Shown here piece after piece: positions 36,089 through 44,543 of a stretch of DNA of 64,000 nt. The DNA is from Myxococcota bacterium (GTDB taxonomy: Bacteria; Myxococcota_A; UBA9042; PHBI01; JAWLBL01). The position numbers and the translations under genes are program-made. The stretch covers positions 98,676 to 162,675 of the forward strand of contig JAWLBL010000010.1 in the NCBI GenBank assembly GCA_041687695.1, in the 5' to 3' direction. The notes under the pieces are model-generated. The model did no database searches, was not told the DNA's origin, and saw nothing but the letters and a program-made list of their open reading frames with translations. Positions within the stretch are counted from its first letter, which is position 1. Each line of letters begins with the position of its first letter.

Positions 36089-37909
36089 ATGAGCTCCGAC
36101 GAAAAGAACACGCCTGACGAACAGCCCACCGCCGGACAGGCGGCGCCCGAGACCTTCGAGACCACGGTCCAGCCGGGCGCTCGCACCGTCTCCGCCGACG
36201 AACAGGGCCTGAGCGCCGGCGCCACCGCCACGCCCGAGGTCGCCGTCGTGGGCCAGGGCGAGCGCGAGCAAGCGCCCGCCGCCGAGCCCGAGGCTGCGCC
36301 CGCCGCGCCCGTGGTCGACCCCGCCGCCGAGGCCGCCGCCGAGGCCGACTTCGCCGCGATGCTGGCCGAGTCCGAGCGCGAAAAGGGCGACCGGGACGGC
36401 TTCCATCCGGGCGACCGGGTCGAGGGGACGGTCGAGGTCATCAGCCTGCACGGCCAGGAGGTCTTCCTGGATCTCGGCGGCAAGGCGACCGGCTACATCC
36501 TGAAGGAGGAGCTGCGCGACGAGGAGGGCAACCTCACCGTGGCGCAGGGCGACCGCATCGAGGGCGTCGTCGTCGGCACCGACTCGAACGGCGTGCGCAT
36601 CCGGCGGACGCTGGCGCGGGTCGGGGGCGATCTCAAGGCGCTGCGCGAGGCGGCCGACGCCGGCATCCCCGTCGAGGGCAAGGTCGTCGGGACCAACAAG
36701 GGCGGCTACGACGTGCTGGTGGCGGGCGGGCGCGGCTTCTGCCCCCACAGCCAGATCGATCTGTACCGCATCGAGGACCCCGAGACGCTGGTCGGGCGCA
36801 CCTTCAGCTTCAAGGTGACCGAGATCCGCGGCGGCACGCCGGTCCTGTCGCGCGCCGCGGTGCTCAAGGCCGAGCAGGCCGAGAAGGCCGCCGAGATCCG
36901 CGAGAAGCTGCAGCCTGGCGCCCGCATGACGGGGATCGTGCGCAGCATCCAGAAGTACGGCGCCTTCGTGGACCTCGGCGGCGTCGACGGGCTGGTGCAC
37001 GTCAGCGAGCTGTCCTGGGGCCGCGTCGAGGACCCGCACGAGGTCGTCCAGCTCGGCCAGGAGGTCGAGGTCGTCATCCTCGAGCTCGACACCAAGCGGG
37101 ATCGCGTCGCGCTGTCGCTGCGCAAGGCGCAGAAGGACCCGTACGAGGAGGCCGTCGAGGGCCTGCAGATCGGGCAGTCCGTCGAGGGGACGGTCGCGCG
37201 GCTGACCAACTTTGGCGCCTTCGTGACCCTCGCGCCCGAGGTGGACGGCCTCATCCACATCTCGGACATGGCGCACTACCGCGTGCGCAGCCCCAAGGAC
37301 CTCCTGTCGGTGGGCGATCGGGTCGAGGCGAAGATCACCGAGATCGACCTCGAGCGGCGCCGCATTGGCCTGAGCCTCAAGGCGATGGCCGCCGACCCGT
37401 GGGAGGACATCGAGTCCCGCTACCAGGTCAACCAGACCGTGACGGGCAAGGTGGCCAGCATCCAGCCGTTCGGCGTCTTCGTGGACCTCGAGCCGGGCGT
37501 GACGGCGCTGCTGCCGGCGTCCGAGTCGGGGACCGGCGTGGGCGAGAACCTGCGGGCGCACTTCAAGCCGGGCTCCGAGATCGAGGTGCGCGTGATGCGC
37601 ATCGAGCCGGGCGACAAGAAGATGGCCGTCACCAAGCGCGCCGAGGGCGAGGTCGACACCGGCCGTCGCGGCCCGGGCGGCCCGGGCGGGCCGGGCGACC
37701 GCCGGGGACCGCCGCGCCGCGAGGGCGATCGGGGCGGCCCGCGGGGCGACCGCGGGGACCGTGGCGACCGCGGCGACCGAGGTGGACGCGGCGGGCCGCG
37801 TGTGTGGCTCGACGAGGGCGAGGAGCCCAAGGGCAAGGACAAGGGCAAGCGCGTCGGATCCTTCGGCGAGCTGCTCCTGCAGGCCCTCAACAAGGACGAC
37901 GAGAAGTAG
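36089..37909 (+). CDS. rpsA: Ribosomal protein S1-like protein with multiple S1 domains
   Basis: YGAFVDLGGVDGLVHVSELSW, FGAFVTL...GLIHISDM, FGVFVDL; acidic N-terminal extension; RGD/RGG-rich tail; may be a paralogue. Confidence 0.85.
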   Translation: MSSDEKNTPDEQPTAGQAAPETFETTVQPGARTVSADEQGLSAGATATPEVAVVGQGEREQAPAAEPEAAPAAPVVDPAAEAAAEADFAAMLAESEREKGDRDGFHPGDRVEGTVEVISLHGQEVFLDLGGKATGYILKEELRDEEGNLTVAQGDRIEGVVVGTDSNGVRIRRTLARVGGDLKALREAADAGIPVEGKVVGTNKGGYDVLVAGGRGFCPHSQIDLYRIEDPETLVGRTFSFKVTEIRGGTPVLSRAAVLKAEQAEKAAEIREKLQPGARMTGIVRSIQKYGAFVDLGGVDGLVHVSELSWGRVEDPHEVVQLGQEVEVVILELDTKRDRVALSLRKAQKDPYEEAVEGLQIGQSVEGTVARLTNFGAFVTLAPEVDGLIHISDMAHYRVRSPKDLLSVGDRVEAKITEIDLERRRIGLSLKAMAADPWEDIESRYQVNQTVTGKVASIQPFGVFVDLEPGVTALLPASESGTGVGENLRAHFKPGSEIEVRVMRIEPGDKKMAVTKRAEGEVDTGRRGPGGPGGPGDRRGPPRREGDRGGPRGDRGDRGDRGDRGGRGGPRVWLDEGEEPKGKDKGKRVGSFGELLLQALNKDDEK

Positions 37910-37911
37910 CG

Positions 37912-38580
37912 GTGGCGCCGGGCTCGAGGCCGGGCGGAGCCGGGGGGCGCGTCGTCGGCCCCTGGGCGCTCGCGCTGGCCTGGTGCCTGGCCGCGACCGC
38001 AGGGTGCACGGAGTGGCTCGAGGTGCCCGGCCCCGCGTCGGACGCCGCCGTCGCGCCCGACGCGACCGCCGAGTCGGCGTCCCTGCCCAGCCTCGGCGCC
38101 CGCGCCGACGCGCCGGGGCCGCTGGTGCCCTCGACGCCGGGGCTGCGCGTGCCGGGCGGCTACTGGGCGCGTGTGCGGTTGGACGTCGCCGACCTGCTGC
38201 TGCCCCACGCCTGGGCCGGCTTCCTCGAGACCGAGGACGGGCTCGTGCTGCGGATCGAGGCGGTGGGCGGGCCGGCCTCGGGCGACGGCGCGTCGCCGAC
38301 CCCGACGCTGCGGGCGGTCGTGCCGATCCGGCTGCCCGAGCCCGCCGCCCCCGAGGCGCTCGGCGGCCTGACCCTCGGCCCCGAGGCGCTGGCCGAGGCG
38401 GTGGTGGGGTTGCGAACGACCCCGCGGAGCAGCTGGCTCGTGACCCCCGAGCGGCTGGTCATCGAGGCGGTGGGCCCGCAGGTGGTCAAGGGCACCCTCG
38501 AGGGCACCGCCCGACGCGGCACCCGTTCACCTTCCTCGCGCCCGGTGCGCGTCGCCTTCGTGGCCTTGCGCGCCCCCTAG
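37912..38580 (+). CDS. Hypothetical lipoprotein
   Basis: WALALAWCLAATAGC lipobox-like; GTG start 2 bp after the S1 stop. Confidence 0.6.
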   Translation: MAPGSRPGGAGGRVVGPWALALAWCLAATAGCTEWLEVPGPASDAAVAPDATAESASLPSLGARADAPGPLVPSTPGLRVPGGYWARVRLDVADLLLPHAWAGFLETEDGLVLRIEAVGGPASGDGASPTPTLRAVVPIRLPEPAAPEALGGLTLGPEALAEAVVGLRTTPRSSWLVTPERLVIEAVGPQVVKGTLEGTARRGTRSPSSRPVRVAFVALRAP

Positions 38581-38590
38581 CCACTCCGAC

Positions 38591-38734
38591 CCCGGCTCTC
38601 GGCCCCGGCTCTCGGCCCCGGCTCTCGGCCACGGCTCTCGGCCACGGCTCTCGGCCACGGCTCTCGGCCACGGCCACGCTCACGGCCACGGCCACGCTCA
38701 CGGCCACGCTCACGGCCACCGCAACGGCTTCGGC
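38591..38734 (+). repeat. Tandem tract: six 13-mers C(C/A)CGGCTCTCGGC then ~11 hexamers CACGGC/CACGCT
   Basis: Read directly: 13-mers 38591-38668, hexamers 38669-38734. Confidence 0.95.
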
Positions 38735-38787
38735 GACTCGCTCCCGGCCCCCGGCCCCGCGGTGATCGGGCCGCGCGACCAAGTCCA

Positions 38788-38841
38788 TTGCGTCCCCAGG
38801 CTCCCCCGCTATACTCCGCGGCCTGACTGAACCGTCATTCA
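38788..38841 (+). promoter_or_regulatory. Candidate promoter and palindromic operator for the lyase operon
   Basis: TTGCGT-N16-TATACT; downstream CTGAA-ccgtca-TTCAG and TGAC-N6-GTCA palindromes. Confidence 0.45.
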
Positions 38842-38860
38842 GAACGACCGTGAGGGACGC

Positions 38861-40126
38861 ATGAGCAAGTGGGATTTGGCTCGGTATCAGGACTTCATCG
38901 CCTGGGCGACCGAGGAGCGGGACCGGCTACGGGCCAAGCGCGACGCGGCGCAAGCCAGGCTCCCGCTGAAGTTCCTGCAGCAACAGGCGCACTTCACGAC
39001 GCCGGCCTCGAACCTGGAGATGGTCACCAAGGCCGTCGAGAAGGGCTGGTCGGCGACCCCGCGCATCCTCGAGAAGATGGAGATCTCGTGGGCGCAGCTG
39101 GCCGACCACCTGGGCGTCGAGGAGGCGGCCATCCAGGACGTCCTGAACGGCGACCCGCAGTCGCCGCTGGTCATGGTGGACGGCGAGGACGCGCAGGCCC
39201 TGCGTGACGACGTGGTCGAGCGCGGGCGCGACAACGCCATCCGCGTCTTCCGCGAGGCGAGCTGGGGGCGGACCCTGCGCTTCTACCGGCCCAGCGGCCT
39301 GCGCCTGGACTACTGCGTCGAGGACCTGGCCATCGTCCTGAGCCAGGCGGCCGAGGGGCGCGCCCCCGAGGACTTCCCCATCGACGGCATCATCTGGCCC
39401 AAGGCCGAGCACCCCGACGAGCTGCGCTGGGTGGGCGACATGCTCGGCAAGCTCGAGGAGAAGATCGGCCTGCCCCACGGCCGCATCAAGATGCAGTTCC
39501 TCATCGAGAGCGGCTGGGGCCTGTGGAACCTGCCCAAGCTGGTCGAGGCGACGACCGGGCGCCTGGCCGGCCTCATCTTCGGCATCGCCGACTACGCGGC
39601 CGACATCCAGCTGCCCCACATCGTCAACGACCACCCGGTCTGCGACGTGGCGCGCGGGCTCATCGTGAACCTCGCGGGCGCCGTGGGCGTGCCGGCCATC
39701 GACAACATGACGGTCAACTACCCGGTGCCCGACCGCACCAAGAGCGCCGCCGACAACCGCCAGCTGGTCCTCGACCGCTTGAAGGAGTGCTACGACGACG
39801 CGCGCCACGGTCAGTGGCTGGGCATGAGCGGCAAGTGGGTGGGGCACCCGCTGCAGCTCTTCGTCGTCAGGCTGGCCTACCAGACGGCCCTGCCGCAGGC
39901 CGAGATCGACGCCGAGGTGCGCAAGATCGACGCCTACGACGAGGCCGTCGCCGCCGAGCTGGGCGCCACCATCATCGAGGGCGTCATGAGCGACCGCGCG
40001 ACCGACCGGCACGCGCGCAACAAGCTGCGCACGGCCGTGGCCCTGGGGCGCCTGTCGACCGACAAGGCGCTGCAGCTGGGCCTGGTCACCCAGGCCGAGG
40101 TCGACTCGCTGAACCCGACCCGCTAG
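38861..40126 (+). CDS. CitE/HpcH-family CoA-ester lyase (malyl-/methylmalyl-CoA lyase-like)
   Basis: MVDGEDA, WPKAE, LIES, FGIADYAAD, GKWVGHPLQ. Confidence 0.8.
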   Translation: MSKWDLARYQDFIAWATEERDRLRAKRDAAQARLPLKFLQQQAHFTTPASNLEMVTKAVEKGWSATPRILEKMEISWAQLADHLGVEEAAIQDVLNGDPQSPLVMVDGEDAQALRDDVVERGRDNAIRVFREASWGRTLRFYRPSGLRLDYCVEDLAIVLSQAAEGRAPEDFPIDGIIWPKAEHPDELRWVGDMLGKLEEKIGLPHGRIKMQFLIESGWGLWNLPKLVEATTGRLAGLIFGIADYAADIQLPHIVNDHPVCDVARGLIVNLAGAVGVPAIDNMTVNYPVPDRTKSAADNRQLVLDRLKECYDDARHGQWLGMSGKWVGHPLQLFVVRLAYQTALPQAEIDAEVRKIDAYDEAVAAELGATIIEGVMSDRATDRHARNKLRTAVALGRLSTDKALQLGLVTQAEVDSLNPTR

Positions 40127-40136
40127 GAGCTCGACC

Positions 40137-41819
40137 ATGGCGCTGTACGACAACCTGTCCGCGGCCCACGAGGCGCTGGCAGCGGCCGAGCGGCTGACGG
40201 GCGACGTCACGGACTCCCTGGCGCGCGCCGTCGACAAGGGCGGCGCGGTCTCGGTGACGCTGCTCGACCAGCGGCAGATCGAGGCCTTCCGCTACTGCAC
40301 GATGTTGGCCGAGCAGGGCGCCGCGCGCGCCATCCTGGCCTACGCCGAGCGGGTCGGAACGCCGCTGTCCCGCGGGCTGGCCACGGCCTTCGTGGCCGAG
40401 ACGGTGGCCTCGCTGGCCGCCGAGCTGCGGACGCGCCCGCGCGCCTGGGGCGTCACCGACGAGGCCATCGACGCCACCGTCGGCCGGCCCGAGGTGCGCG
40501 CCTTCGTGGCCGACGCCCTGGACGACGCCCACTGGCAGGCCGTGGCCGCCCTGGTGCGCGAGCAGAACACGGGCGACTACGGCCTCGACCGCGACCGCGA
40601 CCTCATCCGGCGCGAGTTCCGCCGCTTCGCCGAGGACAAGGTCGCGCCGGCGGCCGAGCACGTGCACCGGCACGACGACCTCATCCCGGCGTCCATCATC
40701 GAGGGGGTCAGCGAGCTGGGCTGCTTCGGGCTGTCCATCCCCGAGCAGTACGGCGGCCTGCAGCCCGACGACCAGCCCGACAACATCGGGATGTGCATCG
40801 TCACCGAGGAGCTGTCGCGCGGCAGCCTGGGCGTCGCCGGCTCGCTCATCACGCGGCCCGAGATCCTCAGCAAGGCCCTGCTCAAGGGCGGGACCGAGGC
40901 GCAGAAGCAGCAGTGGTTGCCGGCGCTGGCCAGCGGCGAGAAGCTGTGCGCCGTCGCGGTGACCGAGCCCGACTTCGGCTCGGACGTGGCGGGCCTGAAG
41001 GTCGCGGCCACCCGGACGACCGACCATGGGGGCGGCTGGCTGGTCAACGGCCAGAAGACCTGGTGCACCTTCGCTGGCTACGCCGACGTGATGATGATCC
41101 TGTGCCGCACCGACCCGGATCCGGCGGCGGGGCACAAGGGCCTGTCCATCCTGCTGGGCGAAAAGCCCCGGTTCACCGGCCACGAGTTCAACGTGGTCCA
41201 GGAGGGCGGGGGCAAGGTCAGCGGGCGCGCCATCGACACGCTCGGCTACCGGGGCATGCACTCGTTCGATCTGTTCTTCGAGGACTTCTTCATCCCCGAC
41301 GAAAACGTGATCGGCGGCGAGGCGGGGCTCGGCAAGGGCTTCTACTACCAGATGGAGGGCTTCGCGGGCGGGCGGCTGCAGACGGCGGCGCGCGCGACCG
41401 GCGTCATGCAGGCGGCGCTCGACCGGGCGCTGAGCTACTCCGCGGAGCGCAAGGTCTTCGGCAAGCCCATCGCCGACTACCAGCTGACCCAGTGGAAGCT
41501 GGCGCGCATGGCGATGCTGACCCAGACCGCGCGGCAGTTCACCTACGCCGTGGCGCAGCAGCTCGACGCTGGCGAGGGGCAGCTCGAGGCCTCGATGGTC
41601 AAGCTGTGGGCGAGCCGCGTCGCCGAGTGGGTCACGCGCGAGGCCATGCAGCTGCACGGCGGCATGGGCTACGCCGAGGAGTACGACGTCAGCCGCTACT
41701 TCGTCGACGCGCGCGTCTTCTCCATCTTCGAGGGCGCCGAGGAGACGCTGGCCCTGCGGGTCGTGGCGCGTCAGGCGCTGCAGCGGGCCCTGTCGGAGCC
41801 CGGTGGAGGTGCTGCGTGA
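40137..41819 (+). CDS. Acyl-CoA dehydrogenase, (2S)-methylsuccinyl-CoA dehydrogenase-like
   Basis: 560 aa with N-terminal extension; EELSRG...GSLITRPEI, GGTEAQKQQWLP, LGYRGM, RLQTAARA, SIFEGAEE. Confidence 0.85.
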   Translation: MALYDNLSAAHEALAAAERLTGDVTDSLARAVDKGGAVSVTLLDQRQIEAFRYCTMLAEQGAARAILAYAERVGTPLSRGLATAFVAETVASLAAELRTRPRAWGVTDEAIDATVGRPEVRAFVADALDDAHWQAVAALVREQNTGDYGLDRDRDLIRREFRRFAEDKVAPAAEHVHRHDDLIPASIIEGVSELGCFGLSIPEQYGGLQPDDQPDNIGMCIVTEELSRGSLGVAGSLITRPEILSKALLKGGTEAQKQQWLPALASGEKLCAVAVTEPDFGSDVAGLKVAATRTTDHGGGWLVNGQKTWCTFAGYADVMMILCRTDPDPAAGHKGLSILLGEKPRFTGHEFNVVQEGGGKVSGRAIDTLGYRGMHSFDLFFEDFFIPDENVIGGEAGLGKGFYYQMEGFAGGRLQTAARATGVMQAALDRALSYSAERKVFGKPIADYQLTQWKLARMAMLTQTARQFTYAVAQQLDAGEGQLEASMVKLWASRVAEWVTREAMQLHGGMGYAEEYDVSRYFVDARVFSIFEGAEETLALRVVARQALQRALSEPGGGAA

Positions 41820-43024
41820 CGCAGTCCGGTCCGTTCCACCTCGACGTCGCCCCCTACGAGACCCTGGCGGGGCGCACGCCCATCTCGCTCGAGGACGTGC
41901 GCCGCCCCGACTACGGCCACTTCCTCGAGGACTTCGTCCCGGGCACGGTCTTCCTCCATCCGCGCGGCATCACCCTCGATCGCGGGATGATGCTGGCCTA
42001 CGCGACCACCTTCATGGAGGCCAACCCGCTGTACCTGAACGAGGCCTTCGCCGTCTCGCAGGGTTACGACAGCTTGCCCGCCGCGCCGCACCTGGTGATG
42101 AACCTGGCGCTGTCGCTGGGCGTGCAGAACGACAGCGAGAAGGCCATCGCGAACCTGGGGTACTACGACGTCCGCTTCCTGCGGCCCGTCTACGCCGGCG
42201 ACACGCTGACCGGCATGACCCGGGTCGCCGACCGCAAGGACCGCGGCCCCGGCAAGCCCGGCATAGCGACCATCGAGACGCTGGCCCAGAACCAGCGCGG
42301 CCAGGTGGTCATCCAGTACCGCCGCAAGGTCTTCGTGCCTCGCCGCGGCGATGGCCCCATCGACCCGGCGGCACGGGCCGACGCATCGACGCAGGCCGAG
42401 TTCCCCTACCAGGCTCGGCCGAGCCTGGTCATCCCCAAGCCCAGCCTCGGCGCCGCTCGTCCCACGCCCGGGCTGACCCTGGCGGACACGCTGTTCGACC
42501 GCTTCCGGCCCGGGCAGATCATCGTGCACCCCAACGGCCGCACGGTGACCGACGAGCACGTCACCTGGACCTACCGGGTGATGAACACGCATCCGCTGCA
42601 CTACGATCGCCTGTACTCGACCGCCCAGCAGGGCCCGATGTCGGGCGAGCCCATCGTCTACGGCGGGCTGGTCTTCGCGTGGCTGCTGGGCCTGGCCAGC
42701 CGCGACGCGACCGACAACGCCGTGTGGGAGCTGGGCTTCCACGACGGCTACCACACCCAGCCCACCTTCGCGGGCGACACCATCGGCGCGCTGACCCGCG
42801 TGCTGTCGGTCGAGCCGTTCGACGCCGGCGACGGCAAGCCGCGCGGCAAAGTGCGCATGCAGCTGGTCGGGGTGAAGAACCTGCGGGCCGCCGCGGCGCT
42901 CGACCAGTACGGCGCCGAGCTGTTCGAGCTCGAGAACGACAAGCGGGGCGCCGGCAAGGAGAAGATCCCCGAGAAGATCTTCGAGATCGAGCGCGAGGTG
43001 CTGGTGCGGGGCGAGCTGCCCTAG
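41816..43024 (+). CDS. Double-hotdog MaoC dehydratase, mesaconyl-CoA hydratase-like
   Basis: GHFLEDF, AIANLGY, PVYAGDTL, NQRG; second domain NTHPLHYD, IVYGG, PTFAGDTI; GTGA overlap. Confidence 0.85.
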   Translation: MTQSGPFHLDVAPYETLAGRTPISLEDVRRPDYGHFLEDFVPGTVFLHPRGITLDRGMMLAYATTFMEANPLYLNEAFAVSQGYDSLPAAPHLVMNLALSLGVQNDSEKAIANLGYYDVRFLRPVYAGDTLTGMTRVADRKDRGPGKPGIATIETLAQNQRGQVVIQYRRKVFVPRRGDGPIDPAARADASTQAEFPYQARPSLVIPKPSLGAARPTPGLTLADTLFDRFRPGQIIVHPNGRTVTDEHVTWTYRVMNTHPLHYDRLYSTAQQGPMSGEPIVYGGLVFAWLLGLASRDATDNAVWELGFHDGYHTQPTFAGDTIGALTRVLSVEPFDAGDGKPRGKVRMQLVGVKNLRAAAALDQYGAELFELENDKRGAGKEKIPEKIFEIEREVLVRGELP

Positions 43025-43065
43025 CTGGCGATCGTCGCGGCAGCCCGTGGTCCGCTTGCCGTGGG

Positions 43066-43130
43066 CAACGGCCACGGCACGGCCACGGTCCCACGGCCAC
43101 GGCCACGGCAGCGGGTCCCCGGCCACGGCA
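43066..43130 (+). repeat. Degenerate CACGGC hexamer tract
   Basis: caacggccacggcacggccacggtcccacggccacggccacggc...ccccggccacggc. Confidence 0.8.
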
Positions 43131-43159
43131 GCTTGTCTCCGGCTCCCAGCTGAGACCCC

Positions 43160-43195
43160 AAAAAAAAGAGGGCAGACCCGAAGGTCTACCCTCTT
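43160..43195 (-). terminator. Intrinsic terminator for the minus-strand methyltransferase transcript
   Basis: Minus strand AAGAGGGTAGACC-TTCG-GGTCTGCCCTC followed by a T8 run. Confidence 0.9.
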
Positions 43196-43291
43196 GCACA
43201 CGCGGCGCGGGGCCGGCGCGTCTCATGAGCCCCGAGCTGAAGGGGGCCGGCCGCGCGCGCGTGTCGTCGTCGCCGTGTCGGGCCGGGGCGG

Positions 43292-44266
43292 CTAGTCGTC
43301 GTCCTCGGCGTCGAAGGGGTCGGCGTCCTTGCGGATGCGCAGGATGTTGATGAGGTAGTAGTTGTCGCTCTCGAGGTCGGGGACCCGCTCGACGTCGAGG
43401 CGGATGTTGTACTTGGTCTTGCGCAGCGCCTCGTAGAAGGGCACGGCGACCGGGCGGCCGGGCTCGCCGAGGAAGGCGGTGGAGCCGGAGCCGAGGTTGT
43501 CGTGCAGCATCCGCAGGACGGGCTCGAAGTTCGCCTCGGTGTGCAGGACGTCCGAGAAGATGAGCGCGCCCGTGTAGCCGGCGAGGTAGTCGCGGCGCCA
43601 GTCGAACTCCATGGTGATGGCGCGCGTGATGGCCGACTGCATGGTGTTGAAGCGGGCGAAGCGCAGGGCCTCGGGGTTGGGATCGGACAGGACCACGCGG
43701 GCGCCCTTGGCGGCGGCGGCGAGGCCGGCGGTGCCCAGGCCGCAGTCGAGCTCGATGGCCTCGACCCCGCGCATGCGGACGCGCTGGCCGAGGTAGATGG
43801 CCATGGCGCGCGACGAGGGCCAGAGCTCGTGCCACTGGGGCGCGAGGCGGGCGTTGGTCTCGGGCGTGGGCGCGAGGCCGTCCCGGCCGTGGAGCAGGTG
43901 CTCGTTGGACAGGGTCAGGTGGGCCGACTTGCGCGCCGCGTCCTGGACCGCCGGGCCGCCCCCCGCGCTGGCGATGGTGGGCGCCGTGATCTTGAGCGTG
44001 TGCAGGCCCGCCTCGATGTCCCAGGTGCGCAGATCGTACTTCTGCGCCAGCTCGCCGCGCGCCCGGCGCAGGTAGCTGTCGGAGACGGTGCGGCGCTTGC
44101 GTCGCGGCACCACGGGCGCGGTCACGTAGTTGCCCGGGCGCGCGACCGGGGGCTGCTCGCTGGTGCGCTCGAGCAGGCGCTCGACCTGCGGGCGCTCGGG
44201 GAGGCGCGACTCGGCGGCCTCGGCGTTGGCGGGGCTCTTCGGGACGGGCTCGGCGATGACGGACAT
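43292..44266 (-). CDS. Class I SAM-dependent methyltransferase, METTL21/Methyltransf_16-like, divergent
   Basis: WHELWPSSRAMA, IELDCGLGTAGL, VVLSD, FDWR, SDVLH, EPGR. Confidence 0.8.
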   Translation of the reverse strand: MSVIAEPVPKSPANAEAAESRLPERPQVERLLERTSEQPPVARPGNYVTAPVVPRRKRRTVSDSYLRRARGELAQKYDLRTWDIEAGLHTLKITAPTIASAGGGPAVQDAARKSAHLTLSNEHLLHGRDGLAPTPETNARLAPQWHELWPSSRAMAIYLGQRVRMRGVEAIELDCGLGTAGLAAAAKGARVVLSDPNPEALRFARFNTMQSAITRAITMEFDWRRDYLAGYTGALIFSDVLHTEANFEPVLRMLHDNLGSGSTAFLGEPGRPVAVPFYEALRKTKYNIRLDVERVPDLESDNYYLINILRIRKDADPFDAEDDD

Positions 44267-44313
44267 GGGACCCCCTCGTCATGGGTTCGTTCGTTTCTCG
44301 ACGACGGAGGTCA

Positions 44314-44357
44314 GTCTTAGACATTTTCTGGACAGCCGTCAAGTCAAACCATGGACA
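44314..44357. promoter_or_regulatory. CarH/LitR-type operator repeats over a minus-strand promoter
   Basis: TAGACA 44318 and TGGACA 44329 are 11 bp apart; third TGGACA at 44352; minus strand TTGACG-N17-TAAGAC spans 44342-44314. Confidence 0.6.
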
Positions 44358-44543
44358 CGGCCCGGACGGGGTGGCATCCTCGGGATCGTTCGGGAGGGGG
44401 GGACCGCGCCCTTCGTGCGAGGCGTGGCGCTCCGACCGGACGCGCGGGGTTCAGGGCTGAGCGAGGGGCGGCGCGCCGGGAGGCCGAGTTCCTTGCCCGG
44501 CACGCGAAATCGTAGACCCTGCACCGGCATCCAGCGCGCGACG

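Noticed and set aside
43196..43290. Small RNA between the methyltransferase stop and its terminator
   Set aside because: GC-rich hairpin potential only, with no promoter or recognisable family; probably 3' UTR
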